Shown piece by piece: positions 1-13,162 of a stretch of 37,015 nucleotides of DNA. The stretch lies in the NCBI GenBank assembly GCA_002104945.1, contig MCFH01000121.1:1-37015 (forward strand), given 5' to 3'. Each line of letters starts with the position of its first letter. Positions within the stretch are counted from its first letter, which is position 1. Both the position numbers and the translations under genes were made by a program. Source of the stretch: Piromyces finnis finn (lineage: Eukaryota > Fungi > Neocallimastigomycota). The notes beneath the pieces are model-generated. The model was given only the letters and a program-made list of their open reading frames with translations, was not told the DNA's origin and did not search any database.

Positions 1-491
1 ATAAAAAACATTTTAATTTCTAATAAAAACAATTTCTAATTTTTAATTATAATTATTAATTGTTAAGACAATTTATTAAAATTGTAATAATATAAAATAA
101 TATTCTTTATAACTCCTTTAGCGTGAGAAGTTAAACTCTTATACATAATACTTCTACGTTCGGATAAGGTTGATATAGGGAAAGAAAACCTGTAATAATT
201 TTTATTGCTAACAATAAGTTAGACACTAAAAAAAATTTTTACACCGTTCCTTTCTTTTATTAATTTAATTAATATTAACAATCGACTTTATACGTGTTAT
301 CGTGAAGAGCTACGAAGGACTTATTATAAAGAATAAAACAGGTTATATATTTGATGGTTTAACACTATATAATCTGGTTTATATTATTATTTAATAAAAA
401 GATTTACTCAATTAATAAATATAATTAAATACTTTATTCTATTATTTTTACAAATTTATTAAAGCTTATTAAAGAAAACATCATAAGTACT

Positions 492-1323
492 ATGGAAGAG
501 AACGAAAACAACCACATGGATAATAATAATATTTTCGAAAACGCAACTCTTAAGGATGGTTTTGCAGGGGATCGCAGGTATCTGAAGGGTTTCTTAGCTA
601 AGGTGGAGCTAGTGTTTATGCTATATCCTGAACGGTATCAAGACGACGCAACCAAAATTCTCTATATAATATCAAGACTTTATGGGGACGCTATGAATTG
701 GGCTGCTACTCTTATAAACAACCATGATCCGTGTCTTAATAACTACCAAGCTTTTGTTGACAGTTTAAGGCTTTTTATGGTATAACGATGCTACCTATGT
801 TGCAAATCAAATGCTTAGAACCTTAAAACAACGCCGATTAGGAGGAATTAGAGGTATATCTTGGAATTTAACCGCTATGCTGATGAATCAAACTGGAATG
901 AACAAGCCAAAATGGATGCATTTATAGCTGGCCTTAATCAACAAGTTAGTTCGTATTTTGGAAATGTTTCCGGGTCCTAGGGATCTTCTTTCATTACAGA
1001 CTATTGCTTCAAGAATCGATTCAAGATTATCTACACATATACCTTTTTCCCTTCTGGTTCAAACAATGACCAAAACCGAAAGAAAAGATCTTTTCATCAC
1101 TCTTCAAAAATAACAAAGTCCATTACAAACAGGAATAACCATGGCCCTATCTCAAACGAAGAAAAGGAAAGAAGAAAGAAAGAAAATCTTTGTGTGTATT
1201 GTGGTGCTTCAAGTCATAAGCTTAATAATTGTCCAAAAAGAAAGAATAAAGATCGTGAAAATCCTTCACTAATATCTATTCCCACACTTATATCCGCTCC
1301 TAAAGAAGAAAAAAACTCATAAT
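492..1323 (+). pseudogene. gag: gag of family 1, frameshifted in this sequence
   Basis: ORF 492-785 resembles retrotransposon Gag (GFAGDRRYLKGFL..., GDAMNW). Other frames continue with LRTLKQRRLG and EFNRYADESNWNEQAKMDAFIAGL, and a zinc knuckle CVYCGASSHKLNNC (CX2CX4HX4C) lies at 1191-1232. Confidence 0.85.
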
Positions 1324-1326
1324 AAA

Positions 1327-4300
1327 ATGACAACTAAATTTAAACTTTCTTATGAACTAAATACGGATATTCTTATTGACTCAGGATCCAAACTTAATTT
1401 AATTGATGTAGATTACTGTAACGATAATAACATTCCTTATCATGATGAGGTAACCTCCCAAATATCGTTGGTATCGGTGGTCGACAATCTCTTTTTGGAA
1501 TTACATCTCCTTTGAATCTTCGCTACAAAGATCATCTCTGTCGAACACAATTCTATGTAACTGATCTACCTTATTATCCTTGTATTCTTGGAATAGACTG
1601 GCTTAAAGAACACAATCCTTCTATCGATTTCACAAAGAACAAAATTTCATTTGTATCCGATTACTGTTATAATCGTTGTATAACACTCTCCAATAATGTC
1701 CTGAATTTCCTGAAGAAAGATCTGCTTTTCCTGCAATGGAAGATCCTTCCTACGAACCTCCGCATGATTCATTCGCTTACCCTATATTTGTCGATAAACA
1801 AAACATCCAATCTCAAAACGAAACTAATCGTACTTGTACTATTCTCTGTTCGGGTTCTTCAAAAAATATTAACAATTCTGTTTCTAAGAAGTCTTCTGTT
1901 AACTTTTCTACTTCGTCTCTCTCAAATCAAGAACCAACTTCTGTTTTGACTTCTTTTTCTGATTCTAATATTCAATCCAATTCTATTCTCAAATCCGATT
2001 CAAACTCTAAATCAGAACCCAATTCTTCTATTATACTTCCGGATGTTCTCTCTGACTTTGCTGATGTCTTCAATGAATCTAATGCTGAAAAACTTCCTCC
2101 ACACCGTCCATACGATTGTGAAATAAAACTCAAAGAAAATTCAAAACTGTTTTATGGACCGATTTATCCCTAACAGAAACCGAATCAATTGCTTTAGAAG
2201 AATATATAAAAGAAAATCTCAAGAAAGGATTTATTAGAAAATCAAAATCGCCTGCGGGAGCTCCTATTCTGTTTGTACCTAAGAAAAACGGTCAACTTCG
2301 TATGTGTGTTGACTATCGCCAATTAAACTCCATAACTATTCGTGATTCTTATCCCCTTCCTCTTATACAAGATATGCTTGAACATCTTGGAAAAGGGAAG
2401 ATTTTCTCAAAATTGGATCTTCGTTCTGCCTATAACTTGGTCAGGATTAAAAGTGGTGATGAATATAAAACCGCTTTTACTTGCAAGTTAGGTCATTTTG
2501 AATACTGTGTGATGCCTTTTGGGTTGAAAAATGCACCTGCTGTTTTTCAACATTTCATTAATGATGTTCTTGAAGACGTTCTTGGTAAATTCGCTTTCTC
2601 TTACATAGATGATATTATTATTTTTTCCTCTGATTATAAATCTCATATATCTCATGTCAAAACTGTTTTGAAACTCCTGAGGGATGCTGGGCTCTATGCT
2701 AAATTGGAAAAATGCGAGTTCTTTGTTTCTTTTATTGATTTCCTTGGTCATAGGATTTCTACTGATGGTATTCACATGGACCCAAATAAAGTTTCTTCTA
2801 TTTTAAACTGGCCTACTCCATCTAATGTTAAAGAGGTTCAATCTTTTCTTGGTCTTGCGAACTACTACCGTCGATTTATTCCAAATTTTGCAAAGATCGC
2901 TCATCCTTTGCATAAACTTTTGAAGAAAAATGTTAAATTTGTATGGTCTAAAGAAGCTCAAGATGCTTTCGATTCACTCAAGTCCTTATTTGTTTCTGCT
3001 CCTGTTCTTATATTTCCTAATCGTGAACTTCCATTCATAGTCGAAACTGATTCAAGTAACTTTGCCATTGGTGCTATTCTCTCGCAAGTCTCTCCAATTG
3101 ATAATATGACCCATCCAGTTGCTTTCTTTTCTCGCTCTCTTACTGGTCCTGAACGTAATTATCCAATATATGATAAAGAGCTCTTAGCTATCGTTGCTGC
3201 TCTTGAAACATGGCGTCATCTACTTAAAGGCTCTTCTTCTACTTTTAAGATTTACTCGGATCATCGAAATTTACTCTATCAAAAGAAACCTGAAAAAATG
3301 TCTCAACGTCTTGTTCGCTGGGCTTTGTTTCTCTCTGAATTTAACTTTGTTATTATTTATCGTTCTGGTTCTTCTAACGGTAAGCCTGATGCTCTATCTC
3401 GTCGTCCTGATTATGCTATCAATTCGAATTCCTCTTCTGATGTTCCTTTTAATGTTCTTCGCCCTGAAAATTTTGTGCCATTGTGACTTCTGTTTCGTCC
3501 ATTAGTGATTCTTTTCTTTCCGAATATATAAATGATGACTTTTACAATAAAATCTGTGAATATCTTGATTGTAGGAAACCTCCAATACCTCACCCTCAAA
3601 TTGACAAATTTTCCTTAAGCAATAGTTTTCTCCTTTTTACTGACAGAATCTATGTTCCTCCAAATTGTCGTCTTTCAATTCTTAAACTCTGTCACGACTC
3701 TCCTTCAGCTGGTCATTTCGGAATAAAGAAAACATCTTCTCTTATTGCTAGAGACTTCTGGTGGCCTTCTATTTCTTCTGATGTTAAAGACTACGTTCGT
3801 TCTTGTGAAGTTTGTTGTCGTTCAAAAACCTTTCGTCATAAACCTTATGGTCTTCTGAATCCTCTTGATATTGCTGAGCGTCCTTGGTCATCCATTTCAA
3901 TGGATTTCATTACAGATTTGCCTTCATCTTCTGGTTTCACTTGCATTCTTGTTGTTGTTGATCGTCTTACAAAAATGGTTCATCTCATTCCGTTCAAAAG
4001 TATTCCTTCCGCCGCCGAAACAGCCACAGCCTTTATTGATAATATTTTCCGTCTTCATGGCCTACCTGAATCTATTGTCTCGGATAGAGGTTCTCAATTT
4101 ACCTCTAAATTCTTCCAATCCATCTGTTCCTCCCTTGGCATTGAACTTAAGTTGTCTACTCCATTTCATCATCAATCAAACGGTCAGACGGAGAGGGTGA
4201 ACTCCGTTATAGAACAATATTTAAGATGTTTCTCAAATTATAAAGGTTCAAATTGGAAAAGTTTTCTTAGTCTTGCAGAATTTAGTTATAACAACGTGGT

Positions 4301-4919
4301 TCAAGAATCATCCAAATTTTCTCCATTCTTTTTGGAATTACGGCTTTCATCCAAAATATTCACCAGTTATTCCAGACTTATCTAAAGTCCCAAGAGCAGA
4401 AGAGTTTACAAGAGATTTTTAAAACTTTAATTAATACCTTAAAAGAAAATTTAAAATCTGCCATGGAACCCAGAAGAAGCATGCTGACAAACGTAGAAAA
4501 GAAGCTCCGAATTTTAAAGTTGGTGACAAAGTTGGCTGGATAGTTCTTTAATTATCCACAAAGGAAATAAAAAAATTTAAGCCAAGAAAACTCGGCCCAT
4601 ACAAAATCTTGGAAAAATATCAAATGTTACATTTAATTAAGTCTCCCAAAATCTATTAAGATTCATCCAGTTATTCATGTATCCAATCTCGAGAAATATG
4701 TCGAAGATAAATTTGGAAGATCTCAACCACCACCGCCACCTATTACCGTTGACAATGAAGAAGAATACGAAGTTGAAGAAATTCTGATAAAAGAAGACAT
4801 TACGGAAAAATACAATACCTGATTAAATGGAAAGGGTATTCAATCAATGAAGCTTCGTGGGAGCCTGAAGAAATCTAAATTGCAAGGGGCTACTTAAAAA
4901 ATTTAATAGAAAGAAATAA
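1327..4919 (+). pseudogene. pol: pol of family 1 (PR-RT-RNaseH-IN-CHD), split by 1-bp indels
   Basis: Protease LIDSGS (~1372-1390); [23 protein letters not shown] (2602-2613); RNase H ETDSS; integrase HDSPSAGH...CEVC, SMDFITDLP, SDRGSQF, NGQTERVN; stop at ~4917-4919. Breaks at ~2170 and ~3474 are single-base losses. Confidence 0.93.
4763..4910 (+). other. Canonical (group I-like) chromodomain at the C-terminus of the family 1 integrase
   Basis: After correcting two 1-bp losses it reads [41 protein letters not shown], with the Y...W..Y aromatic residues retained. Confidence 0.85.
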
Positions 4920-5214
4920 AAAATAGTTAAAAAATTCAAATTATATTTATTATTAATATTAAAATCACAATTATATTATTATCAAAACTTATTAATATCA
5001 TTATCAATATCAATTTATTATTAACAATTTTATTAATATCAAAATTATCAATATTTTTATTTTAACTTTAGTAATATTAAAAAAAAAAATGTATTTATTA
5101 TATTAAATGTATTTTTATAATTAAAGAAAATTCACTCCTTAGTTTAGTTTATTAAAAAAGAAAAAATATATATTTAAAATATTAAATTCTAGATTCGTCT
5201 GGTATCCAAATCCT

Positions 5215-5240
5215 GGAGGAGGTGTAAAAATATTGTATTA
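5215..5240 (+). promoter_or_regulatory. Polypurine tract and probable start of the family 1 3' LTR (TGT at 5223)
   Basis: GGAGGAGG immediately followed by TGTAAAAATATTG, ~300 bp after the pol stop. The LTR end was not located. Confidence 0.6.
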
Positions 5241-6837
5241 ATAGAATAATGTATTTAATACGTATTTAAATAATGTATAATGTATTAAATTAATGTACCG
5301 TAAATTTTATTCTTTAATTACAAAATTTATATCACAATATATTAACATAATTATGTAAATTTTATTTTTTAATTACAAAAATTATTCACAATACATTAAC
5401 ATAAATTTATGTAAAATACAATTTTATGATAAGATAAAGTTTTTGATGATAAAATAAAATTTTAAATTAATAAATTTTAACCATAAATATTTTAGATAGT
5501 AAAAATTTTTTTTTTATAAACTAAGCTCAAAATTAGAATAAATAAATTGAATATATGTTGAAATATAATCAACCATATAGTAAATAAATCAAAACTTTAT
5601 TTTAAGTTAGAAAATTCTTTAGTAAATAAATTGAATTTAAAAGTTTAATACAAATAATTTCTTTAATAAATGTATAAATGTAAACAATGTAAAATTATAA
5701 TATTAAAACATGTATATTAGAATTATTCAATTTATTTAAAAAGTATAAATAAAGAAAATTTTTCAACTATTGAAACGATAGTTGGAAAATCGTATAGGTT
5801 AATTTAGTTAGATAAATTAATATTAGTTAATAATTAGTTTAGCTTTAATTAATAATTGATTACCTAGTGAGGGCTCTGGTAAAATAACCTTCACGGTAAA
5901 GTATCAACGGTTGTTTTAGTTTTAGTTTAGTTTAGTTTAATATAATTAATAAATAAAAAGTTTAATAATAAATAAATTTATAACTAGTGTTAGTTTGATT
6001 TAGTGTATACAAACCTGAACTTAGCATATAATATTTTACAGGAGGACCATGTAATGAATTGTAAGAATTAATAATTATTTTTTGTATAAATTAATTCTTA
6101 TTTAATTATTTTTTAATTATTAAATTAATTATTTATTTAAACTATTAGCATACATTCATTTAAATTACTATAAAATTTATCTATATGATATTAATTATTC
6201 ATTTACTTATTTAAATTTATTTAATTACTATATTAATTATTTATTTATTTAATTTAGTAATATATTTAAAATAATAGTAAACATTCATTTATTTTTTAAT
6301 TAATAATTTTTGTATTACATTTTATAAGAAACATTATATATTTTATTTTACGTTTGTATTTTATATTTATGTATCGTATCTTGAAATAATTATAGAAACA
6401 ATTAGAAAATATAAATACATATTAGGACAATCGGATATTAAGGTTTTTCCGAATTTTAATCGGTTTTACTTAATATTACGATGATTGATATATTAGTTAT
6501 CAATCGAATATCTTTTTAGGTTTTTCTTCTAGTCTTTTCCTAAAAAGATTATTTGTTAAGATTAGAAATTCTTTATTAAACTTTAAATTATCAAAAAATT
6601 ATAAATATAAGGACTCTGGAATTCCACTAAAGAATCCAGAGTTATTATTTTAAGACAATTATAATAAATAACCCTTTCAAAAACTATATTCATAAAAAAT
6701 ATTTACATTAAAGATAGTCTTAATATTTTGTGTTTGTTATTAATATTCACTTATAATAAACTCTTTAATAAGTATTCATTTTTATTTACTATTAAGAAAC
6801 TTCTCAATTTAATAATACATATTACGATTTGTATTAT

Positions 6838-7837
6838 TGTAAAAGTTTTACTAAACTTATAATTAATATTAAATATTAAAATTAAATAAAGGTTAAAGAT
6901 AACTAGGTTAGAAAAAAAAATTTTTATTAAAATAATCTAATTGATTTAATAATGAATAATTATATTATGTATTATAGTTAAATAATTCCTTTTTATTTTA
7001 TTTAAAGAATATATATATAATAGATTATTTAATAGTAATACTATTAAGTATTAATAAGATAAAACTTTACAAGATTTAATTCATAAACTATTCTAAACTA
7101 TTTAACTTTGTATTTTACATTTAATATAAATAACTTTTCAATACATGATTATATTCATAATATATTATAATACTTAAACTAACTAAGACTTATTCCTAAT
7201 ATTAAAAATAACTATTGTTTATAATATTCATAATATTAATTATTTCTTAATTATAATATAATTCATTGAATATAATATTAATAATTATAATCCTCTAGTT
7301 CAAGATTATAATTATGTTATTGAAATAATTATTATAAAATAAAGTTAATTAGTTCCGGAAAATAATTTTAATTTAATTAAACAATAATTTTTTATACTTT
7401 GAGTGAATGATTTATGTTTGATATATCAGGGGTGATCATTCTCTGAATAAACAATTAATCATTGCTAACAAAATATCTTTAAATTGGAATATCTCGTGAA
7501 CCAGCAGAGATATTGACCTGATTTTAAGATATGTTGTTTGTCTCGAGCGTGGCTTCTAACGAACGTAATTATAACCAAAATATTTTTATTCAAAAATCGT
7601 CATTCGTTGAGGAGATACGCGTGTTTTTTCTTATTCCATTTTAACGATAAGGGTTAAAGTTATTTATTATAAAATATTAAGGTTAAGGTCATATTTTAAC
7701 CTTTTCTAAATTTTTAAATATTTCTTAATAAAATTTTATAATTTATTTGAAAATAAATATTTGTTGATTTGAATTTTCATAAGTGATTTCACAATTCCAA
7801 GTGATCTTGAATTGTATATTCACTAGTATTCGTGACA
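6838..7837 (-). repeat. Family A 3' LTR (left copy)
   Basis: On the minus strand it starts TGTCACGAATAC (7837) and ends AAAACTTTTACA (6838); it is preceded by PPT-like GGCGGAGCGA. Confidence 0.9.
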
Positions 7838-8725
7838 TCGCTCCGCCAAAAAAATCGAATACCAGGCGATTGAAATAAATAAATAAGTTGTATAATAAAG
7901 TATAATTGAATAAATTGAAGTAGTATATATTAATATAAACCAATATATAGTTGTATGTTACATGAAATAAAATGGTAACTAAATAAAGAATATATTTAAT
8001 ATAATGTTGAATATATGCAAATATGAAATAAATTAAAAAACATTTTCTTGTGTAACATTCAGTCAAATTCATAAAATTTTGAAAGAAATGTTGAAATTTA
8101 AATTGATCATTGAGTGAAAAAATTGAAATTCGTACGAAAAATTAAAATTGAATAAGAAATATTATTCCTAGGATATTGAACACTTTTTTATTTTGAAAAA
8201 TGTTAACATTGCCTAAAATAATTGAAATTTCAAAAATTGATCAAATAAACTTTAATTAATATGATTTTGAAAAAAAAAAATTTTTGAAATTTTTGAAAAA
8301 TTTTTAATAATAAAATTTTTTCATTAAATACAAAAAAATTTTGAACTAAACTTTTTGAAAAAATGTCACTGAAGAATATTGATTTTAATGATCGATCGAG
8401 ATAGGTGACAATATTGAAATTGATACTATTGAATAGAGAATAAAATAAGCATTAACAACATATAAAATATTGTAATTGACTGCTAAATAAATTGAAAATT
8501 ATTCTCTTTAATATTTAATTTCATTATAAAATTTTGTGTTTTAAATTAAATAAATTGATAAAATTGTTGGATCAAAATTATTGAATTGAAATTTAACATT
8601 CATAGAAAAAATTTTTGAAATTTGTGTTGAAATGTATTAGATGAGTATACAAATAATAAAACATAATGTTAGTGAAAGATATTAATAAATTTTTAAAAAA
8701 TAAAATTGTGATGCAATTTAAAGAA

Positions 8726-11700
8726 TTAGATTTGTGTTTCTAATACTTTTATTGAATTGATATAATTCTTGATATCTTGGGTTACTTTCTATTACTGTAG
8801 CAGGAACCCAGTGCCAACTTAGGCGGTGTTATAACGAATTTTATATTCGTAGCGTTTTCTTTATAATTGTCCTAAAGTCACCAATTTCTATAATTTCTGC
8901 ATAGTTTCCTTTATATTTAAATCTATTTTAAATTATCTGGCGTAGATACATAAGGTTCAAGTTCCGATATGTGAAATACAGGGTGGTGTTTTGGAAAAGG
9001 TGATTTTGAAATATCTATTTATAATTACCATTGTTTAAAACTTCTAAAACCTTGTAAGGACCATACTTACGAGGCGCTAGTTTGGCATTTTCAGTAGTAA
9101 AAGCAGGAGGTGCATGAATCCAAACTTTTTGTCCTTCATTCAATTCAGGAGCAATAATTTTTTCTTATCGGCAGCTCTTTTGTATAAAATCTTGAGATCT
9201 AAGCAAAACATTTTAACTAAAAGGAAATTTTACTAACATCTTTAATGTATTTAAAGTTTGAATCAGAACCTTGGAACAAAAAGACATCATCCATAGGTGG
9301 GTGGAATCCATAATTAATGAAAAATGGAGTTTGTTTTGTAGATTCATGAACATATTATTATAAACAAATTCAGCTAGATGTAACCATCAATCCAGTCATC
9401 GTGGAAAAATGTTCTTGATAGCAACGTATATTGTTCAATGAAAGAGTTACAACGTTCTACTTGACAACGTCTCATGGTGATCTGTGTAGCTATTTTGGCT
9501 TAACACGCAATTTTTCCATAATTTCTATCCATAAGCACTAGTAAATTGTGTTCCTCCTGTCCGTATAAATATCTGTAGGTAGTCCATGGAGTTAAAATAT
9601 TTTTTAGGAAAGCTTTGGCAGTTTCTTCAGCTGTAGGTATTTCTTTGAACGGAATAAGGTGAATCATTTTTGAAAAGCGATCTACACAACCATTATAACG
9701 GAAAACTTTTTTGATTCAGGGAGACCACAAAGAAATCGATTTCAATAGATTTCCAAGGGCGATCAGGAATTCTAAAGGTTTAAAAGATCATATCTTTATG
9801 TCTATTAACTTTATTTCTGGAACATTGTTCGCAAGAATTGACAAATTACGATATCTTGATGCATTTTGGGCCACCAAAAATTACGGTTAATTAGTTCTTC
9901 AGTTCTTCGAATACCTAAATGTCCAGCAGTAGCGTTATCATGTACTGGTTAAAATATCTACATGAAGTTTTTCTGGTACATAAATTAAATTATTATATAA
10001 ATTAAATATTTTTATTTAAATTTTTTCCATTTTTCTGAAAGGTTGTAAAAGTAACCTTGATTAGCATTATTAGGACTAAAGTAAAGATAAATATATTCGC
10101 ATTTTCATTCATCCTTAATAATTTTCTATATTTGATCAATGAGAGAAACCAACAATACCAACAAAACATGGAGTATCGGAAGTTTTATAATCATATATTC
10201 TGGTTTAGGTTCAACATTATTTTCTCCGTAATCAGGTCTTCTTGACAAACTATCAGGTTTTACCATTTTTTCTTCTTGGCGGTATATTAATGAAAATTAT
10301 ATTCTTGGAAAATAAATGCCAACGATGTTGACGTTGGTTTCCGACTTTACCACCTAAAGGGTGTATAGAAAGGTTTTTATGGTCAGTAAAACGGTTACTT
10401 TGGTATTAGCACCCTAGTAAAATGTCCCCAGGTAGAAAATGCACATTTTATAGGCTAAAAGTTCCTTTTCAGTAATTGAATATTTAATTCAGCATTGTTT
10501 AAACATCTTGAATAATATGCTACAGGATGTAATTTGTTATCTTCATCCTTTTGAGAAAGTATACAACCAATGGCAAAATTACTAGCATCGCATTCGACAA
10601 TAAATGTTTGGTTGGATCTGGATGTAATAAAATAGGTGAAGAGATTAGTCCTCTTTTTTAATTCTAAAAATGAGTTATTACATTTATCATTCCAATTAAA
10701 ACTAGTATTTTTCTTTGTTAAATTGTGAAGCGGTTTAGCAATAGTAGCAAAATCTTTTATAAATCTTCTATAATAGTTGCATATCCAACAAAGCGTTGAA
10801 CATCTTTACACAATTAGGTGTAGGCCATTCTTGGACAGATTAATTTCTTTGGATCAGTAGATATACCATTGCCTGATATAACGTGTCCTAAAATTCAACT
10901 TCTGGCTTGTGAAATTCACATTTCTTTAATTTAGCAAATAAATTATTTTTGAGCAGTGTTTGGAGAACAGTACGAACATGTTGTATATGTTCATCTAATG
11001 TTTCCGAGTAAATCAGAATATCATCTAAATATAAAATAACAAATTTTTCTAAATAAGGGCGTAATACTGAATTAATAAATGATTGAAATGTAGCAGGGGC
11101 ATTTCTTAAACCAAAGGCATTACTAAATATTCATAGTGACCATATTTAGTTCTAAAAGCTGTCTTATATTCGTCTCCTTCACGAATACGCACTAAATGTA
11201 AGCAGAACGAAGATCTAATTTGAAAAGAATTTAGCACCTTTCACTCTTTCGATAATATCAGTAATTAGAGGAAGTGGGTAGAATTGCGAATTGTAACGCA
11301 TTTAATTTTTTGTAATCATACAAGACGTAACGATCCATCCTTCTTTTCTGAAATAAAACAGGATAACCAGCTGGAGATTCAAGTGGTCTAATGAACTTTT
11401 CTGAGATTTTCATCTATGTATTCTTTAAGAACTTGGGATTCATCTTCAGATAGAGGATATATAGGACCATAATGTAAAGAAGCATCTTTTTGTAAAACGA
11501 TTTTACAATCCGTTAGCCTATGTGGTGGTAGTTTATCAGCCTTAACCTTGCTGAAAACTTCCGCTAAATCACGATATGGTTCTGGTACTTCTTCTAATTT
11601 GAAGTCTCTTCATTATCATCTTCATCATCAGTATTATAATCTTTTTCACTATTAGCTAAAAATGAGTGAAAAGTAATTATAGCTGAAATTTTGATATTTT

Positions 11701-12380
11701 GGTTTAGAGTATTTTCAAATTATTAAAAGATGTATTGGAAGTTAATTTATTATGATTAATGTTTTTAATTTTTAAATTTTTGGATTTATTCAATCGGTTT
11801 TTATTAATTTATATATATTTTATTAGAATTTAATTTTTAAAATTGTTAAATTTAACTTGAATATACAAATTTTTATTATAATTAAAATGTAGTTGATATT
11901 TGTGTAAAAATTTATTGCTAATAACAAATCTGTTGGAAGATTTTAATAATTAGAAATTTTTCTTTAAAAGTAATTAAAAATTTTGAATGATAACTATAGA
12001 TAGTAGTCTTAAAATATAAGAAGGTGTATGTATCAATATAATATTGAACCACTAATTCCATTTATTTCAATTGAGTGTAATAATTTGTGTGGTTTTAGTT
12101 TTAATTTATTGACCAAGTTGATTGAAATAAAGTTGCAATATGAGCCACTATCTAAAATTAAATTGTATTGATTTTTATTAATTGAATTTTTTAAATCATA
12201 AAGTTTGTTTAATTTAATTGGGATAAAAAATTTTAAGTTGAAAAATGTTGTAGGCAATTTTATTTATTTTAGAGTCATATGTAGGAAAGTTGTAATGTAT
12301 TATTTTTGTATTATGAACTCTCTTAGACTCTCTTGAGAGTTCATTTCTTAGTTTTTTGAGTTCATCTTTTGAACTTTATT
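8726..12380 (-). pseudogene. pol: PR/pol of family A left copy, many 1-bp indels
   Basis: Mirror of 13140-16873; the stop codon maps to 8726-8728. ORF 12033-12257(-) retains LILDSGSYCNF. Confidence 0.88.
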
Positions 12381-12868
12381 GACATAATTATTATTATTGT
12401 TTGGATTTTGATAATGGGTTTTATTCTTATTGAATTTCCTATTGTTTCTCTTATTGTATGTTGATTTTATTATTATTATAATTGATATTTAATTTATTAT
12501 TAGTACAAGAGAATTTTCAAAATTATACCTTTGTAACCATTTCACTTAAAGTGTTAGGTAAAATATCAGCTTTCTAATTATTCTAATTTTGGATGTAACA
12601 TTTAAAAATATTAGTAAAGATAATGTACTCTCTAAACAACGACTAAATCTCAATTTGTAATATAATCTTCACTTTTCCATAAGTGTTTCTTTATTATTAT
12701 TGAATCATGGCTAAACTTAATTGAAAACTAAGTACACTATCTTGAAAAAGTTTCGCATTAATACTTAATATTTGTTAATTAATGTCACTAGATTATCATC
12801 TTTCCATAATTCAATTATAAGTTGACAGGTAATTGGTAATCGTAACAATTACTTAGAGATTTAAGTCG

Positions 12869-13162
12869 TTGTTTAGAGATAGTGACATTAGTCTTTCACT
12901 AATATTTTTAAATGGTTTACATCCAAAATATAAGAATGAAATTAAGAAAGCTGATATTTTACCTAACACTTTAAGTGAAATGGTTACAAAGTGTATAATT
13001 TTTGAAAATTCTCTTGCTACTAATAATAAATTAAATATCAATAATAATAATAATAAAAATCAACATTACAATAAGAGAAACAATAGGAAATTCAATAAGA
13101 ATAAAACCCATTATCAAAATTCAAACAATAATAATAATTATGTCAATAAAGTTCAAAGATGA
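12869..13162 (+). CDS. gag: C-terminal part of family A Gag (5'-truncated)
   Basis: SLSLIFLNGLHPKYKNEI resembles the Gag capsid F..GL...I motif, followed by an Asn/Lys-rich tail. No CCHC knuckle is visible. Confidence 0.7.
   Translation: MFRDSDISLSLIFLNGLHPKYKNEIKKADILPNTLSEMVTKCIIFENSLATNNKLNINNNNNKNQHYNKRNNRKFNKNKTHYQNSNNNNNYVNKVQR

Larger units (their letters stand above)
281..5222 (+). mobile_element. Ty3/Gypsy chromovirus-type LTR retrotransposon, family 1, internal region (LTR boundaries uncertain)
   Basis: Domain order gag(CCHC)-PR-RT-RNaseH-IN-chromodomain, followed by purine tract GGAGGAGG (5215-5222) directly before TGTAAAAA (5223). Confidence 0.92.
6838..12830 (-). mobile_element. 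Family A Ty3/Gypsy element, left copy (5'-truncated in gag, indel-rich)
   Basis: Reverse complement of ~12850-18826 along its length (3' LTR, 3' UTR, IN, RH, RT, PR, gag), becoming progressively noisier towards ~12.8 kb. Confidence 0.92.

Noticed and set aside
5300-5410. Imperfect ~55-bp tandem duplication
   Set aside because: Only two AT-rich units with no spacer structure; ordinary slippage, not a CRISPR-like array.
6613-6642. ACTCTGGA...TCCAGAGT hairpin
   Set aside because: An 8-bp stem with no context; within chance expectation.
12626-12645. CTCTCTAAACAAC resembling a PacBio hairpin adapter near the palindrome centre
   Set aside because: The same sequence appears as its reverse complement in the right arm (~12866-12880) within the gag reading frame, so it is element sequence.
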